A stretch of 50,379 nt of DNA from a virus. Taxonomy: Duplodnaviria; Caudoviricetes. How positions within the stretch are numbered: position 1 is the first letter of the stretch; every line of letters begins with the position of its first letter. The notes beneath the pieces were generated by a model, which ran no database searches, was not told the origin of the DNA, and saw only the letters and a list, made by a program, of their open reading frames with translations. Of this stretch, positions 26,332 to 37,454 are shown piece by piece. Both the position numbers and the translations under genes were made by a program. The DNA lies in the IMG/VR virus record IMGVR_UViG_3300035049_000200, positions 1-50,379 of that record; one strand, written 5' to 3'.

Positions 26332-26839
26332 CAAGAAAGATTTTTTAGAACCAGTTAACCAGGACTATCTTGGGATACCCATCAGGGAAGAGCGTCCTAT
26401 TATCGACCAAATTCTTAAACAGGAAATTTATAATCAAGAAACTGTTGAAGACCCCAACGGGACTTACCGACAAATTGAAGCAATAGTTGTTGAACCTTCA
26501 ACGGCTTTAACTACTGGAGACAATAAGGTTACAGTTACAGTCCCTTTTGATGGTGAATTGGTAGCAACCCATGCTTTTGTAAGCACAGTTTCTTCTTCTG
26601 GAGTGGTGGAAGTTTCTTTGCAAAATAAAAACAATCAAGAAATTATTGTTGGTTGGATAAAAATTCCAGCAAACTATAATGGTTCTGAAAGTAGTACGAC
26701 CACTCCATTAATAGACCCTCGTTATTCTTCTTTCAAAAGGTACGACCAAATTAAGATAAATATTGATTCTATCGGAACTGGCAGTAAAGGGTTAGTAGTT
26801 CAGTTATATTTTATAGTTAATAAATTTTATATAGAATAA
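26324..26839 (+). CDS. Tail-associated protein
   Basis: LTTGD...V.VPFDG...IDSIGTG.KGL.V beta-sandwich pattern. Confidence 0.65.
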   Translation: MNNKKDFLEPVNQDYLGIPIREERPIIDQILKQEIYNQETVEDPNGTYRQIEAIVVEPSTALTTGDNKVTVTVPFDGELVATHAFVSTVSSSGVVEVSLQNKNNQEIIVGWIKIPANYNGSESSTTTPLIDPRYSSFKRYDQIKINIDSIGTGSKGLVVQLYFIVNKFYIE

Positions 26840-28783
26840 ATGGCAATGACAATAAGAGATTCTATCTCTGACGTATTATTAGATTATACAGCAGGAACTT
26901 CAACTGGGGGTGATGTTTTCGTAGATGGCGACTATGCCTATGTTGTTACAGGGGCTAATAACACATTAGTTATTTTAGATGTTTCTGATTCTGACAACAT
27001 TTCGATAGTTGGTTCTTTAGATAGTGCTGACCTTGGAAGAGCTTACGCTATTTATGTTGAAGGCGATTATGCTTATATAGCCTCTGATTATACGATTGGT
27101 ATTTATTTAAGGCTTGTCATAGCAGTGGTAGATATTTCTGATAAAGCTAATCCCACTTTTGTTAGAAGGTCGTCTTCTTCTGGTATAACAGGATTAGCTC
27201 CAGGCAAAATTTTTAAACAAGGAAATTTTTTAATAGTCGGTCATCCAGCTGGATACATGGTGGGTTTTGATATAAGTATCGAAGGGTATCCCTCTTATTC
27301 GTGGTCTTCAGAAGACGTTGGGTCATTACTTGGGGCTACTATCGATGAAGATGGATATGCTTACGGGATAGACACGACTTATTCATTGAAAACTTTTGAC
27401 CTTCGAGGTTATAATTCAACTTTCTTTGAAAAAAGTGTGCAGTATGAAAACGTCTCTAGTAAAATAGTTTTTTATGGTTTTTATATGTATGTGGTTGGAG
27501 ACCGATATTTAAAAGTTTATTCTATTTCAACTGGAGCTGAAGTTGGTTCGATAGATGATAATGCTTCTTTGGACGATGCCACTCATATTGAAATTAGCGG
27601 GTCTTACGCCTTTGTTTTTGCGAATAGAGAGCTTCATTCTATTAGTTTATCTGACCCAACTTCGCCTTCAATAGTAGATTCTGTTTCAGTTAATAGTTCA
27701 TACGCAGATGTTTCTGAATTTGTTATTTATGGGAATTATGCCTATATAGGATGTTCGGGAATTAATATAATAGACATTTCAGACCCTACTAATATGTCAA
27801 AAACAGATGGTACAGGTAGTGGTGTAATTTTTACCAGGGGAGCTACTAATGGTTCTTATTATTATGGGATAACTTCATCAATTAATTATATCTATGCTTA
27901 TGATGTTAGTGATAAAAATAATATTTCTTACGAATCAAATCTGTCTATAGCTTCTGGGACAAACTTGTCTTTTTTGGCTAGTTCTTCTTATTTAGTTTTA
28001 ATAGGAAGTTCTAATATTTATGTTTATGATGTTAGCGACCCCTCTTCTATGTCGTTAGATTCTACGACTGCTGTTGGTTACACTGTTTATAGTGCCTATA
28101 AAGAAGGTAATTATGTTTATGCTACCACAAACGATGACAATTTCTTACGGATTGACGTTTCTAATTTAAGCAGTATAACTATTACTAAAATTTTTAGAAT
28201 TAATTATGGAAAAATTTCTTTAAATTCGACTTATTTCGCTATTTTAGGAGGAAGCTCTTCTGACGGTAGAATTACTTTACTTAAAAGAACTTCTTTACCC
28301 GCTACCACCACAGGGGATGTTGTCGGAACTTACACTAGCTCAACTTATATACATGGAACAAGTGGGTTGAGATTTTTAATGCCTAATAATAACGGTTATA
28401 TCTATCATCCACTAGCTCAAAGATTGTCAGCGTTGGATAATTCAACTCCTTCTTCTATAAGTCTCGCTGGCAGTTTGTTGGACACTACTGATTTTTCCAA
28501 CCTTACTGATGTTTACGCAAACGATGATAATGACTATGTTTTAGTTTCAGATTCGGGTAATAATTCTTTACATGTTATAAACGCTTCTAATAAGGCTTCT
28601 ATGACTATAGTTGATACTTTAACTGAAGCGACTAATTTAGCTAGTGTTTATAAAATGTATATAACAAATCAAAAGGCTTATTGTTTAATGGATTTAAGAT
28701 TTACAGTCGTTGATGTTTCAGATTACACCCCTGCACCACCAACTCCCTCAACTACCTTTGTTCCTAAAGTTATGGTAATATAA
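26840..28783 (+). CDS. LVIVD-repeat beta-propeller protein (receptor-binding candidate)
   Basis: Many V.GDYAYV...LVILDVSD / IIDISDP repeats. Confidence 0.85.
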   Translation: MAMTIRDSISDVLLDYTAGTSTGGDVFVDGDYAYVVTGANNTLVILDVSDSDNISIVGSLDSADLGRAYAIYVEGDYAYIASDYTIGIYLRLVIAVVDISDKANPTFVRRSSSSGITGLAPGKIFKQGNFLIVGHPAGYMVGFDISIEGYPSYSWSSEDVGSLLGATIDEDGYAYGIDTTYSLKTFDLRGYNSTFFEKSVQYENVSSKIVFYGFYMYVVGDRYLKVYSISTGAEVGSIDDNASLDDATHIEISGSYAFVFANRELHSISLSDPTSPSIVDSVSVNSSYADVSEFVIYGNYAYIGCSGINIIDISDPTNMSKTDGTGSGVIFTRGATNGSYYYGITSSINYIYAYDVSDKNNISYESNLSIASGTNLSFLASSSYLVLIGSSNIYVYDVSDPSSMSLDSTTAVGYTVYSAYKEGNYVYATTNDDNFLRIDVSNLSSITITKIFRINYGKISLNSTYFAILGGSSSDGRITLLKRTSLPATTTGDVVGTYTSSTYIHGTSGLRFLMPNNNGYIYHPLAQRLSALDNSTPSSISLAGSLLDTTDFSNLTDVYANDDNDYVLVSDSGNNSLHVINASNKASMTIVDTLTEATNLASVYKMYITNQKAYCLMDLRFTVVDVSDYTPAPPTPSTTFVPKVMVI

Positions 28784-28802
28784 TAGTAATTAATAAAATA
28801 AA

Positions 28803-29591
28803 ATGGCAAAACTATCAAGACGGGAAGCCTGGGCTGCTAGAACAGGCAGAAGCAAATATGAATATAAAGATTCCGCAGAAGGCAAAGCTGTTAGCAAAAT
28901 CAAGGATTATTATGATAAACGCCTTGATTTTGAAGACCAAGCTGCTGACCTGAAGCAGGAACGACTTGAAAAAGACTTCAAGAGAATTATGAAGGAATTT
29001 GGCTATGCCGAAGAAGACCTTCTTGAGGATTACACCAAAAATATTAGGAGACTGGAAGAAAATAAAGAAACTGACATTGAAGAATTAAACTATTATTTAG
29101 ATACAACTAGAACTAGAACTCAAGAAGACACTGATACTTCATTACAAAGAGAATTAAGAAATTTCCAACTTAATATGGAACGGACTCAGGAGAGTTTAGC
29201 TGCTAGGAATTTGGCTTTTTCTGGACTTAGTGGTGTTAGAGGCAAAGAAGAAGGTCTAGTTGAAGAAGGTTATGAACAAAATGTTGAAGACATTACCAGA
29301 ACTTCTCAACGCTCTTTTCAAGACTTGGATAGGTTGGAATATACTAAAAATATGGCTATTGAAACCCAATATGGTAGAGACATTGAAGATACCAAAGAAG
29401 CCAAAGAAAGAGGTTTAAGAGATATTAAGCTTGGCAAGAAAAAAGCTGAAACCCAGTATGATTTAGGAGCTAGAGAGCTTAATATAGCCGAAGAGCGAGA
29501 AGAATTTGAAACTGGTGCGGCTAGAGACACTGACCTTGCTTTAACGGCTGCTCAGTTCTCGCCTCAATATTTAAAAGAGCGATACGAATAA
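28803..29591 (+). CDS. Internal virion / ejection protein (helical)
   Basis: Coiled coil with LAARNLAFSG motif; position. Confidence 0.6.
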   Translation: MAKLSRREAWAARTGRSKYEYKDSAEGKAVSKIKDYYDKRLDFEDQAADLKQERLEKDFKRIMKEFGYAEEDLLEDYTKNIRRLEENKETDIEELNYYLDTTRTRTQEDTDTSLQRELRNFQLNMERTQESLAARNLAFSGLSGVRGKEEGLVEEGYEQNVEDITRTSQRSFQDLDRLEYTKNMAIETQYGRDIEDTKEAKERGLRDIKLGKKKAETQYDLGARELNIAEEREEFETGAARDTDLALTAAQFSPQYLKERYE

Positions 29592-29607
29592 TCAATAATA
29601 TAAAAAA

Positions 29608-30777
29608 ATGCCAAATCCATATACAGGAGAAAATTATTTTTACGAAAAAGACCAACCTACTTCACAGCGTGGGGCTGTTCCAGCACCTGAAGGACAAAGT
29701 GTGCCTTCTGCCGAGGATATGAATAAAACCATTGCCAAATACAGCAAAGGGAATCCAGAATATGAAGCGACTTTAAAAAAACATGTTGCCAATTATCTTG
29801 GTTATGAAAACTTTAAAAAGTCTGGTGGTGGAGTCCCTCCAACTTCCGAACCTTCTAAAGAAGCTCTCAAAAGAATGGGTGGCGGAGAAGCTACTAATTA
29901 TTTGAGAGGAGATATTACTCCAGGTGGAGTTAGAAGTTTAGTAGGAGCTGGAATCGATTACCGAAACTTAGAACAATCTCTTAAAGAAAAAGAAGCTAAG
30001 GCTAGAGCGGCTGGAAGTGCTGATATGAGCGAGGTCTTTGCAAATTTGAGTGGGTTTGAAGAAAAAGATGCTTTGGATAAAGCTATTAAAGGATACCTTG
30101 GCAACCCAAGAGATGAAGATGGAACTTTTAAAAGCATTGAAGAATTAGAAAGAGAACTAGTTGGAGCTGTAACTGGCGGAGATGCTCAATGGACTGAAGA
30201 AGAAGCTAAGCAAAGAATAAACCAAAGAATTCCCGACGCTCTCAGAGAGGATTGGCAGGAAAATTATTACAAAAGTCTTGGTTACACTAATACTCAAGCT
30301 GAGGACTTAGTAAAATATGATAGATATGTCAAAGGAGAAATGTCAGAATCCGAAGCTGAATTATATAGAATAACTGACCCGACTTTTGCTGGAAAAGCTG
30401 AAGCCATGAAGTCTATGCCAGGTTTAACTAAAGAGATGAATCAACTGAAAACTGGAAGCCCAGATTCTTTAACTTTTATTGAATTGAGGCAGAAATATCC
30501 AAATGTTACTCCTGAGTTAGTTAAAGAAGATTATATGACAGCTGCCAAAGAAGATATACAAGCTATTCTTGCAGATAATCAGTTCAATTTAATCTCGACT
30601 GACCCTGAAACGGGAGAAGTTATTGTTCCACCCTTGCCATCATTTATGGGGAGCGAAGTGGTTAAAGATGTTAAAACCAGTCTGTCTTCTATGTACCAAG
30701 GGGCTTTAACAACTCCAGAAATAGATAATTTGCTGTATCAATATTATAGACAGCAAATTCAGCAAATTAATCAGTAA
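29608..30777 (+). CDS. Internal virion / ejection protein
   Basis: Position before the giant protein. Confidence 0.55.
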   Translation: MPNPYTGENYFYEKDQPTSQRGAVPAPEGQSVPSAEDMNKTIAKYSKGNPEYEATLKKHVANYLGYENFKKSGGGVPPTSEPSKEALKRMGGGEATNYLRGDITPGGVRSLVGAGIDYRNLEQSLKEKEAKARAAGSADMSEVFANLSGFEEKDALDKAIKGYLGNPRDEDGTFKSIEELERELVGAVTGGDAQWTEEEAKQRINQRIPDALREDWQENYYKSLGYTNTQAEDLVKYDRYVKGEMSESEAELYRITDPTFAGKAEAMKSMPGLTKEMNQLKTGSPDSLTFIELRQKYPNVTPELVKEDYMTAAKEDIQAILADNQFNLISTDPETGEVIVPPLPSFMGSEVVKDVKTSLSSMYQGALTTPEIDNLLYQYYRQQIQQINQ

Positions 30778-30786
30778 AGTAAAAAG

Positions 30787-33700
30787 ATGGGTCTTTATCA
30801 ATCTACATTAAAAAAACCTGAGATAAGAACTCAGAATAATATAGAACCTCCAGAAGCAGAAGAAAAAATGCCTGGTTTTGGTGACTTCCTAAAGTCTTCT
30901 ATTTATAGAAGTGCAAGAGGATTAGTCGGTGGTTTAGAAAAAGCTGGGATGGGAATTGAAACAATAGGAGAACGTATGACAGCTGAAAATCCGCTTACTG
31001 CGTTTGATTCGACAGAAGCTTTTAAGAAGAAGTTTGAGACCGAGACTAAAGCCCCTGATGTTGTGAAAACAGAAGAAGATATTAAACGAGAAGAAGCTAG
31101 AAAAAAATTCTTTGAACCAGCTGATGAGCTAGTAAACAAAGGACTTAATATAGTTGGTGAAAAAGTTGTTAAACCTTATGGAAATTTGATTAAAGAAGGA
31201 TACCAAGCTATTAATGAAAGTCTAGCAAAAGGTGAAGAAAGTTGGGTTCATAAATTCTATCGACAACCTACTACAGATGAAGAGGGAAAAATGAGATGGG
31301 GTTATGTTTTACGACCTGATGTTGCTTCCCAATATGTATTTGAAATGATAGGTCAAATGTCTCCTGCTCTAGGAGCAGCTTATATTACTGGTGGGACAAC
31401 TCCAGTGGCTGTTTATATGGGGAGTGTTGAATTAGGAAGTTCTTACGACGATTTTAGCCAGAGTTTTGCAGCTCAAGAAGGTGTCCCTGTTGAAGAATTA
31501 TCAGAAGAGAAGAAACAAAAAGCCTTTGAACAAGCGTTTCTTTACGCTGGTATTTCAGCTTACCTAGAAAAACTTCCTTTTGATGAAGTAATGAAAACAG
31601 GAATAAGACCTACTCGCTCTTTTGTTCAAAAAGCTTTGAAAGAAGCTCCTTTAGATATGTTAAAGCAAGCTGTGAAAGAAGGTGGGACAGAAGCTGCTCA
31701 ACAATTTACTCAAAATGCTATTGCTAAATACGGCGGAGCAGACCCAGATAGAAATCTTATGAATGGCGTGGTAGAAAGTGCTTATGCAGGAGCTGTTACT
31801 GGTTTGGCTTTTGGTGTGATTCCTTCTATCACTTCAGAAAGGGCGACACCTCAGCAACAGCAAGCTATTGATAACATCCAGCAAACCAAGCAACAATATG
31901 CACAAAATTTAAAAGATAAAAAGGCTGGAGATTTATTTAAAAAAGGCGAAAAAATAGCTGAAGTTCAAAGAACTCTAGCCCAGGATGATGCTGTTATGTT
32001 TCAAAAAATGGGCGAAACTGAAATTATGCAGGATGGAAGGCTTAAACCAGCAGTTGTTAAATATCGGTTAAATGATGTTTCTCAAAAACTTGAGAATATA
32101 GCTGGGGAAAAAGGCAAACAAATCGCCAAGTATGTTGAATCTATGGTTAAGCCTCAGGAGTTCAACAGTTATAATGAATTTACTGCTGCGGTGGAGAAAT
32201 CTTTAATAGAAGCCTTGCCTCCAATGGAAGCTAAAAATTTTTATGAAACTCTTCAGAAAGAAATGAAAGAGCCAACAACTTTGGAAACCAAAACACCAGC
32301 TGAAACTACTAATATTTCTGTCGAGCAAGCTAAAATAGAAGGCGACCCTGTTCATAACATGATTATTGATAATATTTCTAGGAATGGAGAAATTAATTTA
32401 AAACAAACAACAGCACCAATATCTAGAATTAATTATGACACTGGTTTCCAAGACGCTGATTTTGGGACTGACCCACAATCCACAAATGCTTTAGCTCAAG
32501 TTAAAGCTGGAGAAATCAAGCCCATAGTAGTTAAATTAGTGGACAGTCAATTACAAGTTCAAGATGGCAACCACACTTTATGGGCTTTAAAACAGTTAGG
32601 TAAAGATGTCGCTGAAGTTATTGTTGCAGAACCAGATTTTAATGAGGCAGCCCCACTATTTACTCAAAGAGAGACCGTTGAAGTAGTCCCTGGAAGAGAG
32701 CAGGTTGCTTCTCCCCAAGTCGAGCAAAGAGTTAAGGGACTAGCGACTGAATTACAACAAGAAGGAGAAACTCTCCAACAAACTGAAGCTCAAATAACAA
32801 GAGGAGAGACTCCCACTGTCGCTCAAGGTGTAGCAACAGCTCAAAACATCATTCCAAGAGAAGGAATGCGGTATGTTTATAAAGAAGCCCAAAGACAAGG
32901 TGTAGCCGATACTTTAGGAAAAGGAATGAGTAAAGCTCTAAGTGAAAGTGAAATAGCTAGTTTAAAACCAGCACAACAGGCTGTTTTAAGAATGGGGTTA
33001 GAGAGCGTTGCCGCCAACGAAGGGATGGCAGAAGGAGCTATTATCCAAAATATTCAGAATTTAGGGGGTTTAGTGCCTAAAGTTGCTGAACCTGCTCAAA
33101 CTTTTGCTAGTCGAGAAGAAACTTCAGCGGAGGTAACGGCTGAAGCTAAGAAAGCTGAAATTCCTGAGATACCAACTAAAAAATTAAGTGAACTCGACCA
33201 GACTATTAGAACTGATGCTACTCCAGAAGCTCGAGAAGAAAGAGCTGTTTTAAGAAAAGAAATATCGTCAAAACTAAAAGAAGGAGCTACTACTTTTGTG
33301 AATGTTAAGGGTGGTAAAAATAAGGCAGATGCTTTCTCTTTATCAGTCAAGAAACTTTCTAACGGAAAGCATGGTTTTGCTATTACAATGAATACTCCTG
33401 GAAATAGTCGAGCAATAAATTATGTAGGTAAATTTTCTACTGCTGATAAAGCCAAAAGAATGGGAGTTCAAAGAGCAATTAGAATGGTTGAAGCCGCTAG
33501 ACAAGCTGGAGTTCCAGTTGCTGGATTGAATAAAATAAAAACAGCTTTGATGCAGGCTAACAAAAAGCTTGGTAAAAGAGCCTTGCCTACTGAAAAAATT
33601 CAAAAGGTTGTAAAAGAAACTAGAAGCCAAGTAGCCGAAAGAGAAAAAGAAGCTGCCAGAAAATTAGCTGAAAGAGATAGAGCTGAAAGAAAACCTGGTA

Positions 33701-36700
33701 AAAAAGAAATAAATAAATATGAAGAACATATTGATAAATTTGAACACATGGAGCTTCCAGAGATGGTTAATATAGTCAAAGAACTAACTGGCAAAGCTCC
33801 TTTCTTGAAAAAATTTAGAGAAAGACAGGCTGGTGTAGTTGGAGGAATGTTTATGCCAGCTTCTGCCAGAATCGCTATCAACCCAACTATTGCTTCCAGC
33901 GAAAAAGCCGTTAGTCAAACCATGGCTCATGAAATAGGTCATTTAGTTGACTTCTTACCTGATAATACAATGAACCGAGGAACTCTATTGGGAAGAGTGC
34001 TTACTTTGCGGAATTTTATGAAAAAAAGTTTCGGAGATTTAACAGACCAAACTATGAGGGATGAACTTTGGGCTTTATCCCAAGAGTGGAGACCTGTTGG
34101 GCAAAATCCTTCTGATTCTTTCCTGAAATACAGAAAAAGTTCTCCAGAACTTTATGCGGATGCTATTAGCGTAATGCTTAACGACCCTGATTTACTTCAA
34201 AGAACAGCCCCTACTTTTTATAAGAATTTCTTTAAATACCTAGATAGAAAACCTAAAGTTAAACAAGCCTTCTTCGATACTTGGGAAATTATCAATAAAG
34301 GTGAGGAAGCCTTATTATCTAAACGGCAAGAAACTATTTATCAAATGTTTCAAAAAGGAGAAGAAGTTTTTAAAATTAAAAGAGAGGAAAAAGACGAAGC
34401 TAAATATAGTATGGCTTTTAAATTAAAAACTGAACTGATTGATAGGAATCAAATAATGATTAATAAGGTTAATAAAGCTAAAGCTGAAGGCAAAAATGTT
34501 TCTGATGAGACTAATCCTATTTATTTCTTGGAGGAATATAATTACATGGCTGGGAAAATTAAAGCCTTTGTTGAAACTGAAGTTCAGCCTATTTTAGCAA
34601 CTCTTCAAGAAAATGGGCTAACTTGGGAAAATTTCGGTGAATTAATGCTTTTAGAAAGAGCTGCTAACGAGCGAGGTAAAATGGCTAACCCAGGCGGATT
34701 CAACAAAAGAACAGCTGAAAATCAAATTGAGTTCTTGAGAAACAACTTAGGAAATGAAAAATTTGAATTATTAAAATCTCAAGTAAAGAAATTCAGACAA
34801 AGCACTGATGTTGTATTAGTCGAAGCTGAAAAGTCTGGTCTATACACTCCTGAGATGATGGAGACAATCAAAGCTAATAAGAGTTATGCTACTTTCCAAG
34901 TAGTAGATTATTTGGAGGATTATGTCCCAGCTTCAATTAAAAAACAAGTTGGAACTTATGCTGATGTTGCTAATCCTGGAACTTCAACTGTGATGAAGAT
35001 GATTAGTATTATCCGAGCAACTGAAACAAACAACGCCAAAAATTCAATGGTGAAATTCTTAAAAGAACATGAAGCTGATGAAATCCAAGAAGCAGATACT
35101 GTTTATGATGGTAAAATTCATAAAGCAGTTGAGCCTAAAGAAAAAGGGAAAGGTTTATTTACTGTTATGGAAGAAGGCAAGGTTGTTGGATATTATATGG
35201 ATTCCTATATGGTGGATATTTTTGATAGAAATGCCACTCAAACTAACAGCCAGTTTTTTATTCCAGTTCTGAGAACTATCAACCAGAAATTAACTAGACC
35301 TCTATTAATTCAATATAACCCTGGCTTTATGGGGTTCAACTTGGCTAGGGATTTTTGGAGATTCTGGAAAAATTTACCAGACATGGGTTTTATCGAATCT
35401 TTTCAAAGATATAAGGGAGCGGTTAAACCTGCTATGGCTAGAGTTCTTGGTAAGTTTGACCCGCTTATTAATGAGATGGAACAAAATGGTGTTTTAAGCA
35501 TCACTTACAATGAAATAGTTTCAGGTCAAGATACTTTGGATGCTCAAATTGATAGGGTTATTGAAAAATCTGGAGTAACCCAAATGACTCCTAAAAAAAG
35601 AAACAAAATGCTAGCTCCTTTTATGGAAATTTTGGACTTTATTGATAAAACTGGGCAAGTTGTAGAAACTTTACCGAAAGTAGCTGGTTATCAGTATTTA
35701 AAAGAATCTAATATTTTCTCCGAGAAAGAGATGCGGAGCTTCGTGAGGACTTCTATCGGGTCACCAGACTTCTTCAGAAGAGGTTCTGGGTATGGTTGGA
35801 CTAATGAAGTGTTCTTGTTTTCTAACGCTATTAAGGAAGCAATCAGGGCTGATGTGAGTGTTATGAAAAATCCTACAACTAGGAACGGTTATTGGATGAA
35901 AACCGCTACTTCAACTTTTGCACCGAAGATTCTTATGTTGGCTGCCGCTGGCGGACTTCTAGGAGAACCTTTAAAAGAAATGTTTAAGAACATTTCAGAA
36001 TATGACAAAACAAATTATATTTGTGTGCCTCTTGGTGTTGATAAAAATGGCAAAACTATGTATTTGAGAATCCCTCTTGATGAAACTGGTAGATTTTTAG
36101 GAGGAATGTTGTGGAAGACTATGACTTTTGGTAAAAGCGAAGAAAGTATTGGAGCTAGTGTAATGCAGTTATTATCTTATACAGGTGGTCAATTACCTAG
36201 TCTTTCTCCAGTTCTTGATACAGCAGTTGCTGCTAAACAATATGCTCAAGGGAAAAATCCTTATGACTTCTTTAGAGGACGAAGTATTATTCCTGATAGA
36301 GAATTTCAAGCTGGAGGTATGGATGCCTTTAAGCCATTCCTTTTGTGGTCTTTCCAAAATATGGGGGCGAATGTTCTCCTTAATTTTAACGTTCTTGAAA
36401 AAACTCCTGGAAGTAAGACCTTCGGAGAAAAAACCTTAGAACTTCCTGTTGTAAGTAATTTCTTTGGAAGATGGATGAGAATTTCTGATTACGGTCAAAT
36501 CGAAGAAGCTAGAAGAATCAATTCTAAAACTCAAAAAGAAAATAGCCAAAGGTTAATTAAATGGGAAAAAGAAATTAACAAAGCTGTTAGAGAATATAAA
36601 GATGGTGATTCTGGACTAGGACGTAGGTCTCAGATAGAAAGGAAATTAATTAAAGAACTTTTAGGAGATAATCCTGACTCAAGACAAGCCAGTTATATTA

Positions 36701-36900
36701 AGAACAAATTCCAAAAGACTATTTCTAAGGGGTATAGCGACACTAAAACCAGAGCGGTTTTGTCAGCTTATACAAATGATGCTAAGATAAAGATACTAGA
36801 AAAATATAAAAAAGAGCTGTCAGCTGTTGAATTTAAAAATTTCTTGAATGATTTAAAAGAACAAGGGATTATAAGTAAAACTGTTTATAGTGAATTTTAA
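30787..36900 (+). CDS. Large polyvalent (DarB-like) ejection protein: ParB-like domain, zincin HEIGH, LPD38-like C-terminus
   Basis: EGGTEAAQ; IKPIVV...QDGNHT (aa ~593); AHEIGH (aa ~1048)...ELYAD; YLRIP...N..FFRGRSIIP. Confidence 0.8.
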   Translation: MGLYQSTLKKPEIRTQNNIEPPEAEEKMPGFGDFLKSSIYRSARGLVGGLEKAGMGIETIGERMTAENPLTAFDSTEAFKKKFETETKAPDVVKTEEDIKREEARKKFFEPADELVNKGLNIVGEKVVKPYGNLIKEGYQAINESLAKGEESWVHKFYRQPTTDEEGKMRWGYVLRPDVASQYVFEMIGQMSPALGAAYITGGTTPVAVYMGSVELGSSYDDFSQSFAAQEGVPVEELSEEKKQKAFEQAFLYAGISAYLEKLPFDEVMKTGIRPTRSFVQKALKEAPLDMLKQAVKEGGTEAAQQFTQNAIAKYGGADPDRNLMNGVVESAYAGAVTGLAFGVIPSITSERATPQQQQAIDNIQQTKQQYAQNLKDKKAGDLFKKGEKIAEVQRTLAQDDAVMFQKMGETEIMQDGRLKPAVVKYRLNDVSQKLENIAGEKGKQIAKYVESMVKPQEFNSYNEFTAAVEKSLIEALPPMEAKNFYETLQKEMKEPTTLETKTPAETTNISVEQAKIEGDPVHNMIIDNISRNGEINLKQTTAPISRINYDTGFQDADFGTDPQSTNALAQVKAGEIKPIVVKLVDSQLQVQDGNHTLWALKQLGKDVAEVIVAEPDFNEAAPLFTQRETVEVVPGREQVASPQVEQRVKGLATELQQEGETLQQTEAQITRGETPTVAQGVATAQNIIPREGMRYVYKEAQRQGVADTLGKGMSKALSESEIASLKPAQQAVLRMGLESVAANEGMAEGAIIQNIQNLGGLVPKVAEPAQTFASREETSAEVTAEAKKAEIPEIPTKKLSELDQTIRTDATPEAREERAVLRKEISSKLKEGATTFVNVKGGKNKADAFSLSVKKLSNGKHGFAITMNTPGNSRAINYVGKFSTADKAKRMGVQRAIRMVEAARQAGVPVAGLNKIKTALMQANKKLGKRALPTEKIQKVVKETRSQVAEREKEAARKLAERDRAERKPGKKEINKYEEHIDKFEHMELPEMVNIVKELTGKAPFLKKFRERQAGVVGGMFMPASARIAINPTIASSEKAVSQTMAHEIGHLVDFLPDNTMNRGTLLGRVLTLRNFMKKSFGDLTDQTMRDELWALSQEWRPVGQNPSDSFLKYRKSSPELYADAISVMLNDPDLLQRTAPTFYKNFFKYLDRKPKVKQAFFDTWEIINKGEEALLSKRQETIYQMFQKGEEVFKIKREEKDEAKYSMAFKLKTELIDRNQIMINKVNKAKAEGKNVSDETNPIYFLEEYNYMAGKIKAFVETEVQPILATLQENGLTWENFGELMLLERAANERGKMANPGGFNKRTAENQIEFLRNNLGNEKFELLKSQVKKFRQSTDVVLVEAEKSGLYTPEMMETIKANKSYATFQVVDYLEDYVPASIKKQVGTYADVANPGTSTVMKMISIIRATETNNAKNSMVKFLKEHEADEIQEADTVYDGKIHKAVEPKEKGKGLFTVMEEGKVVGYYMDSYMVDIFDRNATQTNSQFFIPVLRTINQKLTRPLLIQYNPGFMGFNLARDFWRFWKNLPDMGFIESFQRYKGAVKPAMARVLGKFDPLINEMEQNGVLSITYNEIVSGQDTLDAQIDRVIEKSGVTQMTPKKRNKMLAPFMEILDFIDKTGQVVETLPKVAGYQYLKESNIFSEKEMRSFVRTSIGSPDFFRRGSGYGWTNEVFLFSNAIKEAIRADVSVMKNPTTRNGYWMKTATSTFAPKILMLAAAGGLLGEPLKEMFKNISEYDKTNYICVPLGVDKNGKTMYLRIPLDETGRFLGGMLWKTMTFGKSEESIGASVMQLLSYTGGQLPSLSPVLDTAVAAKQYAQGKNPYDFFRGRSIIPDREFQAGGMDAFKPFLLWSFQNMGANVLLNFNVLEKTPGSKTFGEKTLELPVVSNFFGRWMRISDYGQIEEARRINSKTQKENSQRLIKWEKEINKAVREYKDGDSGLGRRSQIERKLIKELLGDNPDSRQASYIKNKFQKTISKGYSDTKTRAVLSAYTNDAKIKILEKYKKELSAVEFKNFLNDLKEQGIISKTVYSEF

Positions 36901-36915
36901 TAAATAATTAAAATT

Positions 36916-37140
36916 ATGGAGAAAATAAAAACCTTCTTTACGGAAGATAAAACCGGGATTCAAATTTATTCATTCCTAAAAACCTACATTGTAATTTTTA
37001 TTGGAATTTATTATTATGGAATTAGTGAGGGAGGGAAAGAAATTTTTGATTTAGTTTTTATAACTGAGGTCGCATCTATTTCTTTCACTGCCGTTATCAG
37101 AAATATTTGGAAATTACTAACAGAGAACAATGCCAGATAA
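36916..37140 (+). CDS. Putative holin
   Basis: 74 aa, two hydrophobic segments, after the structural module. Confidence 0.55.
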   Translation: MEKIKTFFTEDKTGIQIYSFLKTYIVIFIGIYYYGISEGGKEIFDLVFITEVASISFTAVIRNIWKLLTENNAR

Positions 37141-37444
37141 TATCGACCAAAAAGAGCTTTATAACCTGCTTAGAGAAAGTGTTAAAGCTAATACGACTAA
37201 TGCTGAGTCCACTAAGGCTATCGCTAAAGTTTCAGCAGAACTCAAAAATTCAATGTGTAAAATGAATGACGAATTTGTTTTACATAATCTTCGACAAGAA
37301 GATGTTGCTAAGGATATTTCTATTATTAGGAAACAATTACTGAAATGGGTACTGACTTCAGTGATTGTAATTTTCACGCTTCTTGGAGGGATAGTTATAA
37401 CAAAAGCCTTAGGGTTGGATATTGTTAATTTAATAAAAAGTTAA
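37130..37444 (+). CDS. Coiled-coil protein with C-terminal TM (lysis-associated?)
   Basis: Coiled coil followed by WVLTSVIVIFTLLGGIV. Confidence 0.6.
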   Translation: MPDNIDQKELYNLLRESVKANTTNAESTKAIAKVSAELKNSMCKMNDEFVLHNLRQEDVAKDISIIRKQLLKWVLTSVIVIFTLLGGIVITKALGLDIVNLIKS

Positions 37445-37454
37445 AAAATTCGGA

